Part shown: piece by piece, positions 42,601-57,000 of the stretch
Position numbering within the stretch: position 1 is the stretch's first letter
Layout of the letters: every line of letters starts with the position of its first letter
Assembly: GCF_009914755.1 (NCBI RefSeq)
Contig: NC_060948.1
Strand: one strand, 5' to 3'
Length of the DNA stretch: 64,000 bases
DNA from: the human T2T-CHM13v2.0 reference genome, Homo sapiens
Made by a program: the position numbers and the translations under genes
Notes under the pieces: model-generated
What the model was told of the DNA's origin: nothing
Database searches by the model: none
Seen by the model: only the letters and a program-made list of their open reading frames with translations

Positions 42601-45600
42601 ATTTTGACATATTGATGAACCTAGCACATAGGTAGTTTGACTCTCATCTTCTTGCTCAAAAACACCCAGGAACAGGGATTTTGCAATATTTCAGGGCCCA
42701 GCACCTGGATGATGCTACTTTTCTGCATAAGTCATGCATAAACAGGGAATTGTGGCATATTGCTTGGTCCAGCACCCTAATGACGTGACTCTCCTGCTTG
42801 TGACTGAGCAAAATAAAGTATTTTCAGGTATCTTTAGCCCATTTTATAGGAGCTTTGGCTCTCACCACTTTGCTGGGTTTCTCCCACCTGTGGTTGTATT
42901 ATAATGCTGGCTCCAGCCCCTGGTTAATATGACTCTCTTCCCTAGGCCTTGCCTAGAGAGGACATTGTGACATATTGCTTGGCCTAGCAATATGTTAACC
43001 TTCTGCTTGTTTATTAGCCCACTAATAAGATTATGATGTATACCTTCCTGCAGTTGAAGGGCATGATGATCAATATTATATTGGGATTCTGCCAATAGGA
43101 GATATTTTGCCACTCACCATTAGGTTTTGTTCAGTAAGTTCCTTTATTGCATATTTGTACAAATCTCACAGAAGTTTACAACGCTAACTCATATCATACA
43201 AACTCCTTGGGTGTTACACAGAGTTTCATAACAGGGCCCAGCAAAAAATTAGGATTGTGACCCTTGACTACACAGGTGAAAGTAAAAGTTGTTATCATTC
43301 TACATTTACAAAGCCCATTGTTGATGTCCTGAGTCTAACAAGAGAATATAGCATAAAGTTGGAATCCTGACTTTCATAAGTCAACCTGGCCACAGGTGGA
43401 ATCATGGCTCATTTCTGGACCCAACTCACAGGAATAATAGTGGTCTCATTCTTTAAGCCAGCCTATAGGAGAGATGTTGACTGTCATATGTGGGTTTAGG
43501 ACAATCTGTAAGTTTGCGATTCCATATAAGCATGCAGGCCCCAGAGAGGTTTGCAACTTTCGCACATGTTGTATACAGTTATCAGATGTAGAGTGTCACA
43601 CAATGGCCAGCACATACCTGAGATTGTGACTTTTGCATACAAAACTAGCTAACTGTTAATGGTGTCACCCTTAAAGATGAGGAGATTGAGTCATAATGCC
43701 TTGGCCTAATACCCCGGTGTTAAGAAGTTTGGTATATATATAATTTTTCAATAAGAGCATTGTTACATATCACTGGGTCAAGATCATGATAATGTGACTC
43801 TTCTGCCTGGGTCCTGCAAACAGTATATATTTTCATATGTCTCTGGGTCCCTCAGCTAGCTGATATGGCTCTCCTGCCAGTGCCCTGCCCACAGGGGTCA
43901 TTGTGACATATAGCTAGATATAGCATCTAGGAAATGTGACTCTCCTCTGCTGATTGGATCCTGCCTACTGAAGAAATTGTGACATACTGCTGAGTCCAAA
44001 ACCTAGGTGACATGAGTCTCCTCTTTGTCCTGGATTCTGCCAAGACAGGAAATTATTACATATTGCTGAACCCAGCACCCAGGAGTTGTGATTCTCTCTC
44101 TCTTTTTTTTTCTTTGAAACTGTCCTTATTGGGGATGCTGACATATTGCTTGAATCTCTACCTAGTTTATGTTGCTCTTCTGCTTGGTGTCTGCCCATGT
44201 GTTAGAATGTGATATGTAACTAGGAAAGTCCCTAGGTGATATGAGTCACCTTTTCTGACTGGGCTTTCCTTACTGGGGACAGTGGGATATATACCTATGT
44301 CCATGACCTAAGTGAAGTGACTCTCTTTTTCTGCCTGTTCTTTACAATGAGGGGATTGTGGCATATTGCTGAGTTCATTACTCATGTTATTTGTCTCTAG
44401 TTTTTTTCTACAGCCATGCCCACCAATAGAGTTTTTGACCTATTGCAGGCCTCAGCCACGAGATAATGTTACTCCTTTGCTTGGGTCCAGTGTATAGACT
44501 GAATTATGGCATATTGCTGGGGACAGCAACCTGACAATGTCATTTCAGAGCAGGGCATTATTTCATCTCTCATGCCTGTCCCGTATGCACAGAAGATTTT
44601 TAACATATCCTGGGCTTATTATGTAGGTGTTTTGACTCTCATCCCTTGGCTGGGATTTTGCACATGTGGGATGGTTTCATACTGCTGAATCCAGCACCCA
44701 GCTAATGTGACTCTAATTCCTATACCCTTTCTAGAGAGAACATTGTGACATGCTACTTGACACAGCAGCTAAACAATCTTACCTGCCAACGTAGTTTTTG
44801 CCCACAAATGGGACTATGATATATACTTTACTTCAGTTTGCAGGCATGAGAGTAAAACCTATATTAGTGATATGGTTCTCCTTCATATTCCAGACTCTGA
44901 CAACAGGACTTACTTTGTCTTTCATCGCTAGGCTTAGGGCAACGTCCTGTGTTACATATTTGTATCAAACTCACAGTGCGTTACAATACTAACTCATAAA
45001 GTATAATCTCCTCATGTGGTACAGAGAGTTTTATCATAGAAACCATCAAAAACTTCAGATTGGGTCTCTAGATTATACACCCTGGTAAAAGCAAATGTTG
45101 CTACCATTCCACCTATGCAAATCCCACTGTTACGGTCCTGAGTCTAACAAGTGAATAAAGTACAAAGTTGGAATTGTGACTTTCATATGTCCCACATATG
45201 TCCCACAGGTGGGATGATGACTCATTTCTGGATCCAGCTCACACGCATAATAATGTGTCTCATCCCTAATCCCAGCCTATAGAAGAGATGTTGACCATTA
45301 TACCTGGGTTAGGCCAGTAGTTATGATTTTGAATCCAAATGGGCATACAGGACTCAGAGTGATTTGCAACTCTCATGCATGCTGTATAAAGCCTTCAAAT
45401 GTTGTAGAGTGTCATACAATAGCCCAGGAAAAATGTGAGTTTGTGACTGTCATATACACATCCAGGTCACAGTTAATGGTGTCACCCTCAAAGACCAAAG
45501 GTTTGACATATTCTTAGGCCTTGTACTGAGGTGTTGAGACTTTTTGGCTTAAATATCTTCTCATGGGTTCATTATGACATATTGTTGAGTTATAATAATA

Positions 45601-48600
45601 ATATTATGACTTTTCTGCCTGGACCCTGCCAACCTGAGATATTATCACATAACCCTGGGCTTATAAGCTGGGTGACTTCTCTCTCCTATGTGTACCCTGC
45701 CCCTAGAAGACATTGTGAAATATTGTTTGGCCAACATTTATGTCATGCGATCCTCCTCCTGGCTAAGGTTCTGCTTACCAAAAATCTTGTGACATACTGC
45801 TGATTGCAGCACCTAGGTGATATGGCTTTCCTTCATATTCCAGACTCTGGCAATAGATACATTATTAAATATTGCAGGGCCCAGCACCTAGGTGGAGTAA
45901 CTCTCCTCTTATGCTTCTTCCCTGTCTATAGCCGGCTTGGTAACATACTATTTGAGGCTGTATCCAGGTTGTGTGATTTTCTGACTAGGCCCAGCCTATA
46001 AAAGAGATTATACTGTATCACTGGCTCAGCACCCAGATAATGTGACTTTCCTGCATTGTCCCTGCTAACAGGTGAAATTGTGATATACACATGAGTTAAG
46101 CACATATGCACAATAATAACTCTTATAACTGGACCAACCCAGTAGGACTATTTTAACACTCTGTGTTAAGGACACATGCATAATAAATTTTATACCTGGA
46201 CCCAGCCAGCAGAGATATTTTGAGTCTTACAGCCAGTCTCAAGTCCATGGGTAAAGTCCTGGGATTTTTACTTGTACAAAGTTCATGAAGAATTATAAGA
46301 CTCAGGCATATAATATAAACCCTTTATGGTGCAAAGAGTGTCATAAAAGAGATCAGCAACGAGGTGAGAATATGACTCTTGCATGCATACCTAATAGAAG
46401 TCAAAAGCTGAAATAATTACTCTTATACCTGCCTCTTAATCACAGGTGGTTTGGTAACATTTGCAGCATGATTCAGCACAATGTGGTGTTGTGACTCCCC
46501 AGCTGAAACATAATCTTCTGGTGGGATTCTGGCTGTTATAGATGGATCTGCATCATTGCTGAAATGTGACTCCTCTGCATCAACTCAACTCATAGAAAGA
46601 TTTGACTTTCATACACAAAACCAGGACTTGTGTAGAATGTGCAACTTATTTCAAACATTTCTGAGAGTGTGATTGGGACAGGTAAATTTCCCCAGCACAT
46701 GAATAATTTGACCCCTTTTTTTGGTCCACACTACAGATGAAATTGTGCCATATGTGGAAGAATATGGCCCTAAGCAATACGTAACACATTCCTTCGCACT
46801 GCCTATGAAGGGCACTTTTGTATATCACTAGGACCATCATCCTGGTGAGGCGAATTATCTGCCTAAACTTGCCTACAATGAGAATTGTGTCTTATATCAA
46901 GGTCCATTACATAAGTGATATGACTCCTTTCTACTGCCTTGGCCCTGCACTTATAGTGTATTGTAACACATAGCTTGGTACTGCACCCAGGTGATGTGAT
47001 TCTCTATTTTGGGTTCTGCCAACAGAAAGCATTGTAACATATCACTTGGCTAAGCACCTAGGTGATGTTTCTTCACTTTTGCCTGTTCCCTGGCCACAGG
47101 GAGACTGTGACATATTCCTGATTTCAGCATCAATGTGAGATCGCTCTCCAACCTTGGTACTGAATATTAGAGCCATTTTGACATATAGTGAGGCCAATTG
47201 TTAGGTGAACTGAATCTCCTCTCTTGCCAAATTCATGCCAACATGAGGAGTTTTGATATGTCACTGAAATTAGCTTTCCGGTTTTGTGACTTTTTGGCCA
47301 GTTTCCTGCCCACAAGGTGGATTGTGACATCTCATTGGACTTGCACCCACGTAGGTGATGTGACTTTCCTGCCTTCTCTCTTGCCACAAATAATATTGTG
47401 CCATGTATCTGAGACCATAAAAAAGCCTAATAGCAACTCATGTCTGGAGTCAGAACTTGCGCAGGATGGTGAGTTGTATTCTTAAACTTTTTCACAAGTG
47501 TAATTCTGACATATAGTATTGCTCAGCTCCTGAGTGACTTAATAATTCTGCCTAGATTCAGTCCACAAATGAGATTTTGACAAATACCTGGGCCAAGAAC
47601 CTTGGTGAATTAATCGTGCTATCTTAACAATGTCCTTAGGGTGAATGGTCACATATTTCTTTACCTGTCATCTAGGTTACATGACTCCCTTCTTTGGCCT
47701 GTACTCTGCTTTCTTTAGTAATTTTAGCATTTCTAAACACTGCATCCTAATGACTTGATTCTTTTTCCTGAGCCCTGTCAACATGAGATATTGTGACATA
47801 TTTTTGATCCCTGCTGTAAGGTGATATGAGTCTCCTATCCTGCCTGGACACTTCCCACAAGGGACGTTGTGCACAAAGCTGGATTTAGCACACCAGTTGT
47901 GTGACATTTCTTACTGGAATATTCCTACAATAAGAATATTGGGATATTTCTGGCCCAGGATTTCAGTGATGTGGCTCTTCTGCCTGCTTTATAACTACAG
48001 AGGGAATTGTAACCTATTCCTAGGCCTGCACAACAGGCATGATAATGAGTCATTTATGTGGACTCAGCCAGTAGAGGCTACTTTAAGTCTTATAAATAGG
48101 TTTAATGACATGTGTGATGTCTTGGATCATCTTCTTGTTCAAAGGTCACAGAAGACTGTAACACTTACACATGTTTACAAAATCTTTGGCTTACATACAC
48201 AGAATCTAAGCAGGGCTCAGCTTACAGGTGGTTTTGAGCCTTGTATGCACACCTAGCTCACAGTAATGACTGTCATCATCTAACATGTATGAAGCCAGTT
48301 GTTAAATGAAAACAGGATGTGTGTGGTATTGTAAATCTCATCTTTGGAATTTTCTGAGAGTGTGATTGTGATGTAAACCTTTGCCAAGCACCTGTGTAAT
48401 CTGACTCACCAGAATTGTTTCAGCCCATATATGAGATTGTGATCTCTACCTAGGACAACCTGGAGGTGATGTGACTCTCCTGCCTGGGCCCTTTTCTCAG
48501 TAATGATTGTGACATATCACTGGAGCTAGCATCCAGGTGATGTTATATTCTTGCCTTCACCATGCCACCCAAATTGCTGTTACATATATTTGTGTCCACC

Positions 48601-49156
48601 TCTTAGGGGATGCCACTCTCCTCTCTGTAATGGGCCCTGCACAAAGGAAGGATGGTGACATATTGCTAGCCCAGGCATACAGGTGAGGGAACTCTTAGGC
48701 CAGATCCATGCCCAAAGGAGGGCATTGTGACATATCTCTCGGCTTATCGCAGAGTTTATGTGGCTTTCCTGCTTGGGCTTTGCCAACCTGGAGAGTGACA
48801 TATTTCCAGGCCAGTCACACAGGTGATGATATTCTTTTGCCAGGGCTATGCTCCATAGAGGACATTGTTACATATATCTGGGCCTATCACCTCGGTGAAG
48901 TGAATCCCTGCTTTGGCCCTACCCATGTGGAGCATTGTGGCATAAGCAGAAACCTGCATCTAGGTGATATAACTCTCTTTGCTGGGTTCTGTGTTAAGAG
49001 AGCCTTGTGAAAGATCTCAGGAACCAGAACCTAAGTGATGTGTTTCTTTTGTCCACTTTCTGTCCACATGTTACATTGTGACACATTCCCAGGAAAGCAG
49101 CTAGGGGATCTGACTCTCCTCATCTGCCTGATCCCTGCTTGCGGTGGACATTGGGA

Positions 49157-49623
49157 TGCTGGGGTTCAGTCAGCCTGGTGGGAAATTATTTATGTAAAAT
49201 ATAAACACATAATCTCTGGAAGGCCTGGAGGTTTGTATAAAGTGTTTGGCTGAAGACAGCCTTATACTTTTTGAGCTATAGCAAGGGTATTTAACGATGG
49301 AATACAGAGAAGTCTATTTAAATAGCTTGTTTACTCATGTGGTCCTAAAACTAACCTTTGACCATTTGCTGGTGTGTAATTTCTTTGTATTAGAGGGGTC
49401 AGCAATGGTAATTAATTTCTAGTGGTGTTTACTTGAGACTTTTGTCATTTAATGTGTGTTGAATGAATGCCAGGAGAGCCAGCAACTCAGGGCCACAGCT
49501 GACAGCACTCTCACTGGAGTCTGTAAGTGGCTTGGACTCTCAGCCAGACTGATAAGCATAATATATGCATCTGTGTACATTATTTATTTTTCGTTGAGTC
49601 AGGGTTTCCCGGAAAACCTCTCA
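49157..49623 (+). mobile_element. Solo LTR22-family LTR (HERV-K HML-5)
   Basis: TGCTGGGGTTCAGTCAGCCTGGTGGGAAA...TAAATAGCTTGTTTACTCATGTGGTCCTAA...GAGTCAGGG...CA; TG/CA ends, perfect 6-bp TSD TTGGGA (49151-49156, 49624-49629). Confidence 0.85.
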
Positions 49624-52600
49624 TTGGGACATATCTCTGAGCCCATGACCTAAGTGATGTGGCTCTCTTTTTCTGCCTGGGCCTTCACAATAGGAGGATT
49701 TTGACACATTGGTGAGCCCAGCACTCAAGGTACATAACTCTCCTCTTTTTCTGGACAATGCCTACAAAAATGGAATTTTGTCATATTGCAGGATTCATCA
49801 CTGGATGATGTTACTCTTCTGCCTGGGTCCTGCATAAAGAGGAAATTATGACATATTGCATATCACTGGGCCAAGCACCCTATTGATGTGACTCTCCTGT
49901 CTGTGCTTGAGCCACTGAAGGTATATTGTCATATCTTGGGCCCATTATGTAGGTGTTTTGGCTCTCATTACCTGGCTGGATTTTTTCCACATGTGAGATG
50001 GTACCATATTGATGGGTTCAGCACCCAGTTATGTGACCCAGTTTTCGATACCCTGCGTAGAGAAGGCATTGTGACACATTGCTTTGCACAGAATTGCTCA
50101 ATATTCAGGTTATTTGGCTAAGTGATGTTACCCTCCTGCCTAGTTTTTTGTCCACAAATGGAATTATGACATATACCTTGCTGAAGTTCAAAGGCATGAT
50201 GATCAAACTTATATTCGGTTTGAGCCAATAGGGAAAATTTTCCCTCTTATACTTAGGCTTAGGACAATAGAGAAGCCCCAGGTTGCATATTTGTATCATG
50301 CTCACAGAAGCTTACACCACTATCTTATATAGTATAAACACTTCTGTGGTAGGGAGTTTCATAACAGGAGCCAGCAGAAAGTTCACATTGGGGCTCTCAA
50401 TTACACACCAAGGAGAAATTAAAAGTGGTCATTATTCCACACCTACAAATCCCACTGTTGACATTCTGAGTGTAACAAGCAAATATAGTGCGAGGTTGGA
50501 ATTATGACTTTTATATGTGGATCTGGCCAAAGGTGAGATTGTGACTTATTTCTGGACCCAGCCCACAGGCATAATAATAGGTCTTCTCCCTTAACTCTGC
50601 CTATAGGAGAGATGTTGACTAAAAAACCTGGGGTTAGGGCAATATATAAGATTGTGAGTTCATAAGAGCATGTACACCTCAGAGAGGTTTGCATCCCTCA
50701 TGAAGGTGTTATAAATTCCTCGGATGTTGCAGAGAGAGTCATACATTGGTCCAGTACACAAGTGAGACAGTGACACTAATACACATGCTCAGCTAAAAGT
50801 TACCTGTCACCCTCAAAGATGAGGAGATTGTGTCATATCACTGAGCCCCAGTTTTGAGACTTTGGGGCTCATATTCCTTTCCATGGGGACATTATTACAT
50901 GTCACTGGGTCAAAATCATAATGATGTGACTCTTTTGCCTGGGCGCTCTCACCGGGGGATATTATCACATATGTCTGAGACTATTAGCTACGTGATGTGT
51001 CTCCCCTGACAGTGCTGTGCACACAGGAAACATTGTGACTTATCACTAGATATAGAATCTACGTAATGTGACTCTTCTGTCCTGCCTGGATCCTGCCCAC
51101 TGAAGAAATTGTGACATACCACTGAAAGCAAAATCTAGCTGAGTCATATCACCAAATATTTAGGTGATATGACTCTCCTCTTCTGCCTGAACATGGCCCA
51201 CAAGTGACAATGTGCCACAGAGCTGGATCAAGTACACAGGTTATGCCACATTTCACAAAGTATTCTGCCTACAAAGAAAATATTGGACTATTTCTGGCTC
51301 AGCATTCAGGTTGTTTGGCTACCATGACTGTTTCATTACCACAAAGTAACCTTTGATGTAAACCTGTGCACAGTTCACAGGCCTGGTGATAACTCTCGTA
51401 TGTGGACCCCATGAATAGGAGTAATTTTGACTCTCATAATTTTTTAAAAACAGGAGTGATTACATCCCTTTCTGCTAAAAAAAAAATCACAGAAGGTTAT
51501 AACAAACTCAGATATTTGGTAAAGACCTTGACTTGTACAGATCGTGTCATAAGAGAACCCAGCAGAAAGGTAAAATTGTATTCTTACATGCACACCCAGC
51601 AGTCAGTAATGACTGTCACTGTCTCACATATATGAAGCCAACAGTTACACATGAAAACGGGACGTGTGGAATCGTAAATCTCCTCTCAGGTATTTTCTGC
51701 CAGTGTAATTGTGATGTAAATATTTGCTGAGAACCTGTGTGATTTGACTCTGTAGACTGGATCCACCCCACATATGTTGTGATATCTACCTGGGGAAACC
51801 ACTAGGTGATGTGAATCTCCTGGCTGGGCTTTGCTGTCAGTAAGAATCATGGCATATCACTAGATCCAGGAACCAGGTCATGTTACATTTATTTCTGAGC
51901 CATGCCCACATAAATCATTGTGATATATGACTGTGTCAAACACCTGGGTGACATAACTCTCTTCATTAGAAGGCACATAGTGGAGTATAACGACATATGG
52001 CTTGATGAGTCAAACAAGTGATGGTACCCTTTTGCTAGGGCCTTGTCCTAAACAGGGCATTGTGGAAAACCTCTGGGCCTATCACCTAGGTGATATTGAT
52101 CTCCTGCTTGGGTCCTACTTTCCTGGATAGTGACATATCACTAGGCTAGGCATGCAGGTGATGGTACTCTTTCCACAGGGCCATGCCTCAAGGAGGACTT
52201 TCTGACATCTCTGGGCCAATCATCTAGGTGATGTGACTCTTGGCTTGAGGCCTGACCACATGGATTATTATGAAATAAGTGTAGACCCTGCATCTATTTG
52301 TTGTAACTCTCTTGCCTAGGTCCTGTCCTAAGGGAGCCATGTGACACATTTCAGGACCCAGCATCAAGGTGAGGTGGCTATTCTGCTTGGCTTCAGCTCA
52401 CATGTTAGATTGTGCCATGTACCTGGAGAAGCACCTAGGTGATATGACTACACTTCTACCTGACTCCTGCCTACTTGGAATATTTGGCTAATGATCTGAG
52501 CCTGGGTCCTAAGTGATGTGACTCTTTTCTTCTGCTTGAGCCTTTAAAGTATGGTGATGTGACACATTGTTAAGCCCAATACTTAGGTAATATGATTCTA

Positions 52601-53746
52601 CTTTTTATCCTGAACTATGCACATGAAAAAGAATTTGGACGGATTGCAGGGCTCAGCACCTAGATGATGTTCCTCTTCTGTACATGTCCTGCATAAACAA
52701 ATAATTATGGTATACTGCTAGGCACCCTCATCCTGATGATGTAAACTTCTCTCCTGTGCTAGAGCAACAAAAAGTATTTTTACTTATCTTGGGCCTATTG
52801 CATAGGTGTTTTTGCTATTATTTTTCTATGTTTCTTTTTTTCACATTTGGGATTTTGTCATATTACTGGGTCCAGCACCCAGTTAATGTAACCCTAACTT
52901 CTAGACCCTGCCTAAAAAAGGTATTGTGTCATATTGCTTGACACAGCATCTTAGTAGTATTTTTCCTACAAATGAGATTATGAAATTTATATTGTGTCAT
53001 TTCACAGGCAAGATGATCAAACTTAAATTTAGATTCCACTACTAGTGATATTTTCTTCTCATTTCTATGCTTCAGCAATAGGTAAGGTTATGAGTTGCAT
53101 ATTTGTATAAAGGTAACATAAGTTTGCAACACTAACTCATACCATATAAACTCCTTGGGTGGTACACAGAGTTTTATAACAGGGCCCAGCAGAAGGTAAT
53201 ATTGTGACTCCTGATTACATATGCAGGTGAGAGCAAAAATTATCACCATACCACATTTGCAAAGCCCAGTGTGGAAGTCCTGATTCTAACAAGTAAATAA
53301 AGTACAAAGATGGAGTTGTGAGTTTCATATGTGGATCTTACTATAGGCAAGATGATGAATCATTTCTAGACCCATATTAAAGGCATAATAATGTGTCTCA
53401 TGTCTGAACCCAGCCTATAAGAGAGATATTGACTATCATAACTGGGTTTAGGGCAATATGTGTCATTGTGAGTCAATACAAGCATGTACGACTCAGAGAT
53501 TTTCAACTCTCATGCATATTGCCTAAAACCTCCAGATATTATAGAGTGTGTCATACTACGACCCAAAATACACATGAGATTGCGACCCTTATATACACAC
53601 CAAGCTAACTGTTAAAGATGTTACACTAAATTATGAGAAGATTGTGTTATTTTACTAGGCCTAGTACCCGGTGTTGAAAGTTTTTGGCTAAATTTTTTCC
53701 CATGGGTGCACTGTAAAATATCTCTGAGTTAGAATCATAATAATGT

Positions 53747-54039
53747 GGCTGGACATGGTGGATCATGCTGTCATTCCAGCATTTTGGGAGGCTGAGGCTG
53801 GTGGATCACAAGATCAGGAGATCAAGACCATCCTGACTAACACGGTGAAACCCTGTCTGTATTAAAAATACAAAAAAGTTAGCCAGCATGATGGCAGGCA
53901 CCAGTGATCCCAGCTACTCAGGAGGTTGAGGCAGGAGAATGGCATGAACCCAGGAGGCAGTGCTTGCAGTGAGCCTAGATCATGCCACTGCACTCCAGCC
54001 TGGGTGACAGAGGGAGACTTCATCCCGGAAAAAAAAAAA
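53747..54039 (+). mobile_element. Old AluY/AluSc8-like element
   Basis: GGCTGGACATGGTGG...GAGATCAAGACCATCCTGACTAACACGGTG...A11. Confidence 0.9.
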
Positions 54040-57000
54040 TAGTAATATTTTTCAGCTTGGACCCAGCCAACAGGACATATTATCCCACATTTTTGGTCTT
54101 ATAAGCCAGGTGATGTGTTTCTCCTCCCAGTTTTCTGACCACAGAGGACACTGTGACATATCTCTAAATATAGCACATAGGTAATGTGACTCTCCTCTCT
54201 TGCCTGGATCCTGCCCACTGAAGAAATTGGGACATACCACTGAGTGCAAAACCTAAGTGATGTGACTCTTCTCTTTCTCGCGGACTCTGACAAAAGAGGG
54301 AATTATCAGGTATTACTGCACACAGCATTTAGGGAATGTGACTATTCAATATTTTTTCAAACCTGTATACAGTGAGCATGATGTCATATTTGAGATTGTA
54401 CCCAGGTGACATGGCTCTTCTGACAGGGTCCTGTGTACAAAGAAGGTTTTAATGTATCCCTGGCTCAGCACCTTGATGATGTAACACTTCTGTCTTGTCT
54501 CTGTCCAAAGGTGAAAATGTGACATATACCTGCATTCAGCCCATATGCACAATAATAACTCTCATATCTAGACCCATCCAGGGCAGATATTTCAACTCTC
54601 ATAGCCAGTCATACAGGCTTGGGGAATGTCTCAGATTTCCAACTGTAAGAATTCACAGAAAAGTATGCTACTCAGGAATATTATATAAAGCCTGAGTGGT
54701 ACAAGGACTGTCATAACATAGAAACCAGATGCTATTGTGATTCTTGGATCCACACCTAGCTGACACAATTGTCATTCTCACACATGGACAGAGCCTATGA
54801 ATGAGGTGCTAAATCTCTCACACCTGAGCAGTTGATACTGTTACTCTCATACATGTATCTACTCCACAGGTGGTTTAATGACATTTGAGCCATGATTAAG
54901 TAGAACTGTGGTGTTTGACTCTCTTGCTGGAACACAATTATTTACTGGGATTCGGGCTTTTATACATGGATTCTTCCCCTCGTTGGGATTGTAATGCTTG
55001 TACTGCAACCCAAATCATAGGGGGGTGTTGACTCTCATACCAGAAGCCAGGAATTGTGTGAGACTGTGAAACTTATTTCTTAATATTTTCAAGTTTGTGA
55101 TTGAGAAGTATGACTTTGCCCAGCATCTGAGTGTTTTCACCTTCCTTTCTGGGCCCAGAGCACAACTGAAATTGTGACATGTATGCACCAAGCACCTAAG
55201 CTAAGTCCAACACCTTCTTTGGCAATGTGACAAAGGGCACATTTTTTCATATCATTGGGACCAGCACTCAACTGATGTGAAAACTTGTTCCAAACTCTGC
55301 CTGTGAAGAGTATTGTGGCTTCTATCTAGGTCCATCACATAAGTTATTTGACTTTCTTCTAATGCCTTGGCCATGCACTTATGGTGCATTGTGACACATC
55401 ACTGGGTACTGCACCCAGGTGATATGACTCTTTTTTATGGGAGGGGTTTTACCAGTAGGAAATGATGTGTCACTTGTCTCAGCATCTATGTGAGGCTTAT
55501 TCTTTTTTGCCTGGGCCCTGACTACTGGAGAGATTGTGAAATATTGCTGAACCCAACACCAAGTTTGGTCCCTCTCCTGCATGGTCCTGCACACAGGGGA
55601 AATTGTGACATATATCCAGACCAGTTGCTTAGGTGAGGTTTGTCTCCTATCCTGCCTAAGCCCTGCCTACAGGGGAAATTCAGATATGTCACTGAAACCA
55701 ACATTTATGTGATGTGCCTCTTTTTCCAGAATCCTGCCCACAAGGAGCATTGTGACATTTCACTGGACCAGAATCCACTCAGGTGATGTGACTTTCCTTT
55801 CTTCTCCCTCCCTGCCCACAGGTGATGTTGTGCCATATAACTGAGACTAGATGAAAGGCCTAACAACGACTTTTGTACTTGGAGCCAGGACATGTGCAGG
55901 ATGGTGACTCTCATCCCTAAACTTTTCCATTGGTGGTGTTGTGACATAACTTTGCCCAGCTCCTGAGTGATTTAATAATCCTGCCTAGTTATAGCCCACT
56001 GATGACATTTTGACATAAACCTGAGATAACAATCTTGGCGATTTGACTCTCATGTTTTAACAGTATCCTCAGAAGAGTTCACAACATACTCCTAGACCCC
56101 TTGTCTAGGTATGTGACTCTCCTCTCCTGCCTGAACTCGGCTTCCAGTGAAGAGTGTAGCATTTTTAAGCACTGTATCCAAACAACATAACCCTCTTGCC
56201 TAACCTTTTTGACAGAAGGTATTGTGAAATATTTCTGTGCCCATCATTTAGGTGGTATGACTCACCTTTCCTGCCTGGACACTCTGCACAGGAGGCATTA
56301 TGCCATAGAGCTGGGTTTAGCACCCAATATTTGTGATGTTTCTGTGAGGGTCTTGCCTACAAAGAGAATATTGGAATTTTTCTGGCTTCGGATTTAGGTG
56401 ACATGGTTGTCCTGCCTGTTTAGTAACCACAAAGTGGATGGTGGCATATACGTAGGCACAGCTAACAGGCATAATAATGACTCTCATATGTGGTCTGAGC
56501 CAATAGGAGAAATTTTGACTCATCTAACTAGGTTGATGTACATGAGTGATATGGAGGTTCTTCTTCTGGAAAAGGTCACAGAAGATTACAAAAATCACAC
56601 ATATTTTATAACACCTTTGGGTTGTACAGAGAGTGTCATAACAGGGCCTAGCACACAAAAGAAATTGTGAGTCTCCAATGCACACCAGCTGACTGTAAGG
56701 AATTTCACTATTCCAGATGGATGGAGGCAACTCTCCTACATGAAAACAGGACATGTGTGGTATGGTAAATCTAATCCCTAGAATTTTATTCTATCGTGAT
56801 TGTGATATAAATCTTTGTCAAGTACCTGTGTGATTTTACTCTTCAGACTGGTTCCAGCCTACATATGGGATTTTGATATCTACCTGAGCCACTCTTAAAA
56901 TGATATGACTCTTCTGCCTGGATCATGCTCAGTAAGAATGGTGACATCACTGGATCCAGCTCCCGGGTGACTTTACATTCTTGTCTGCACCATACCCAGA

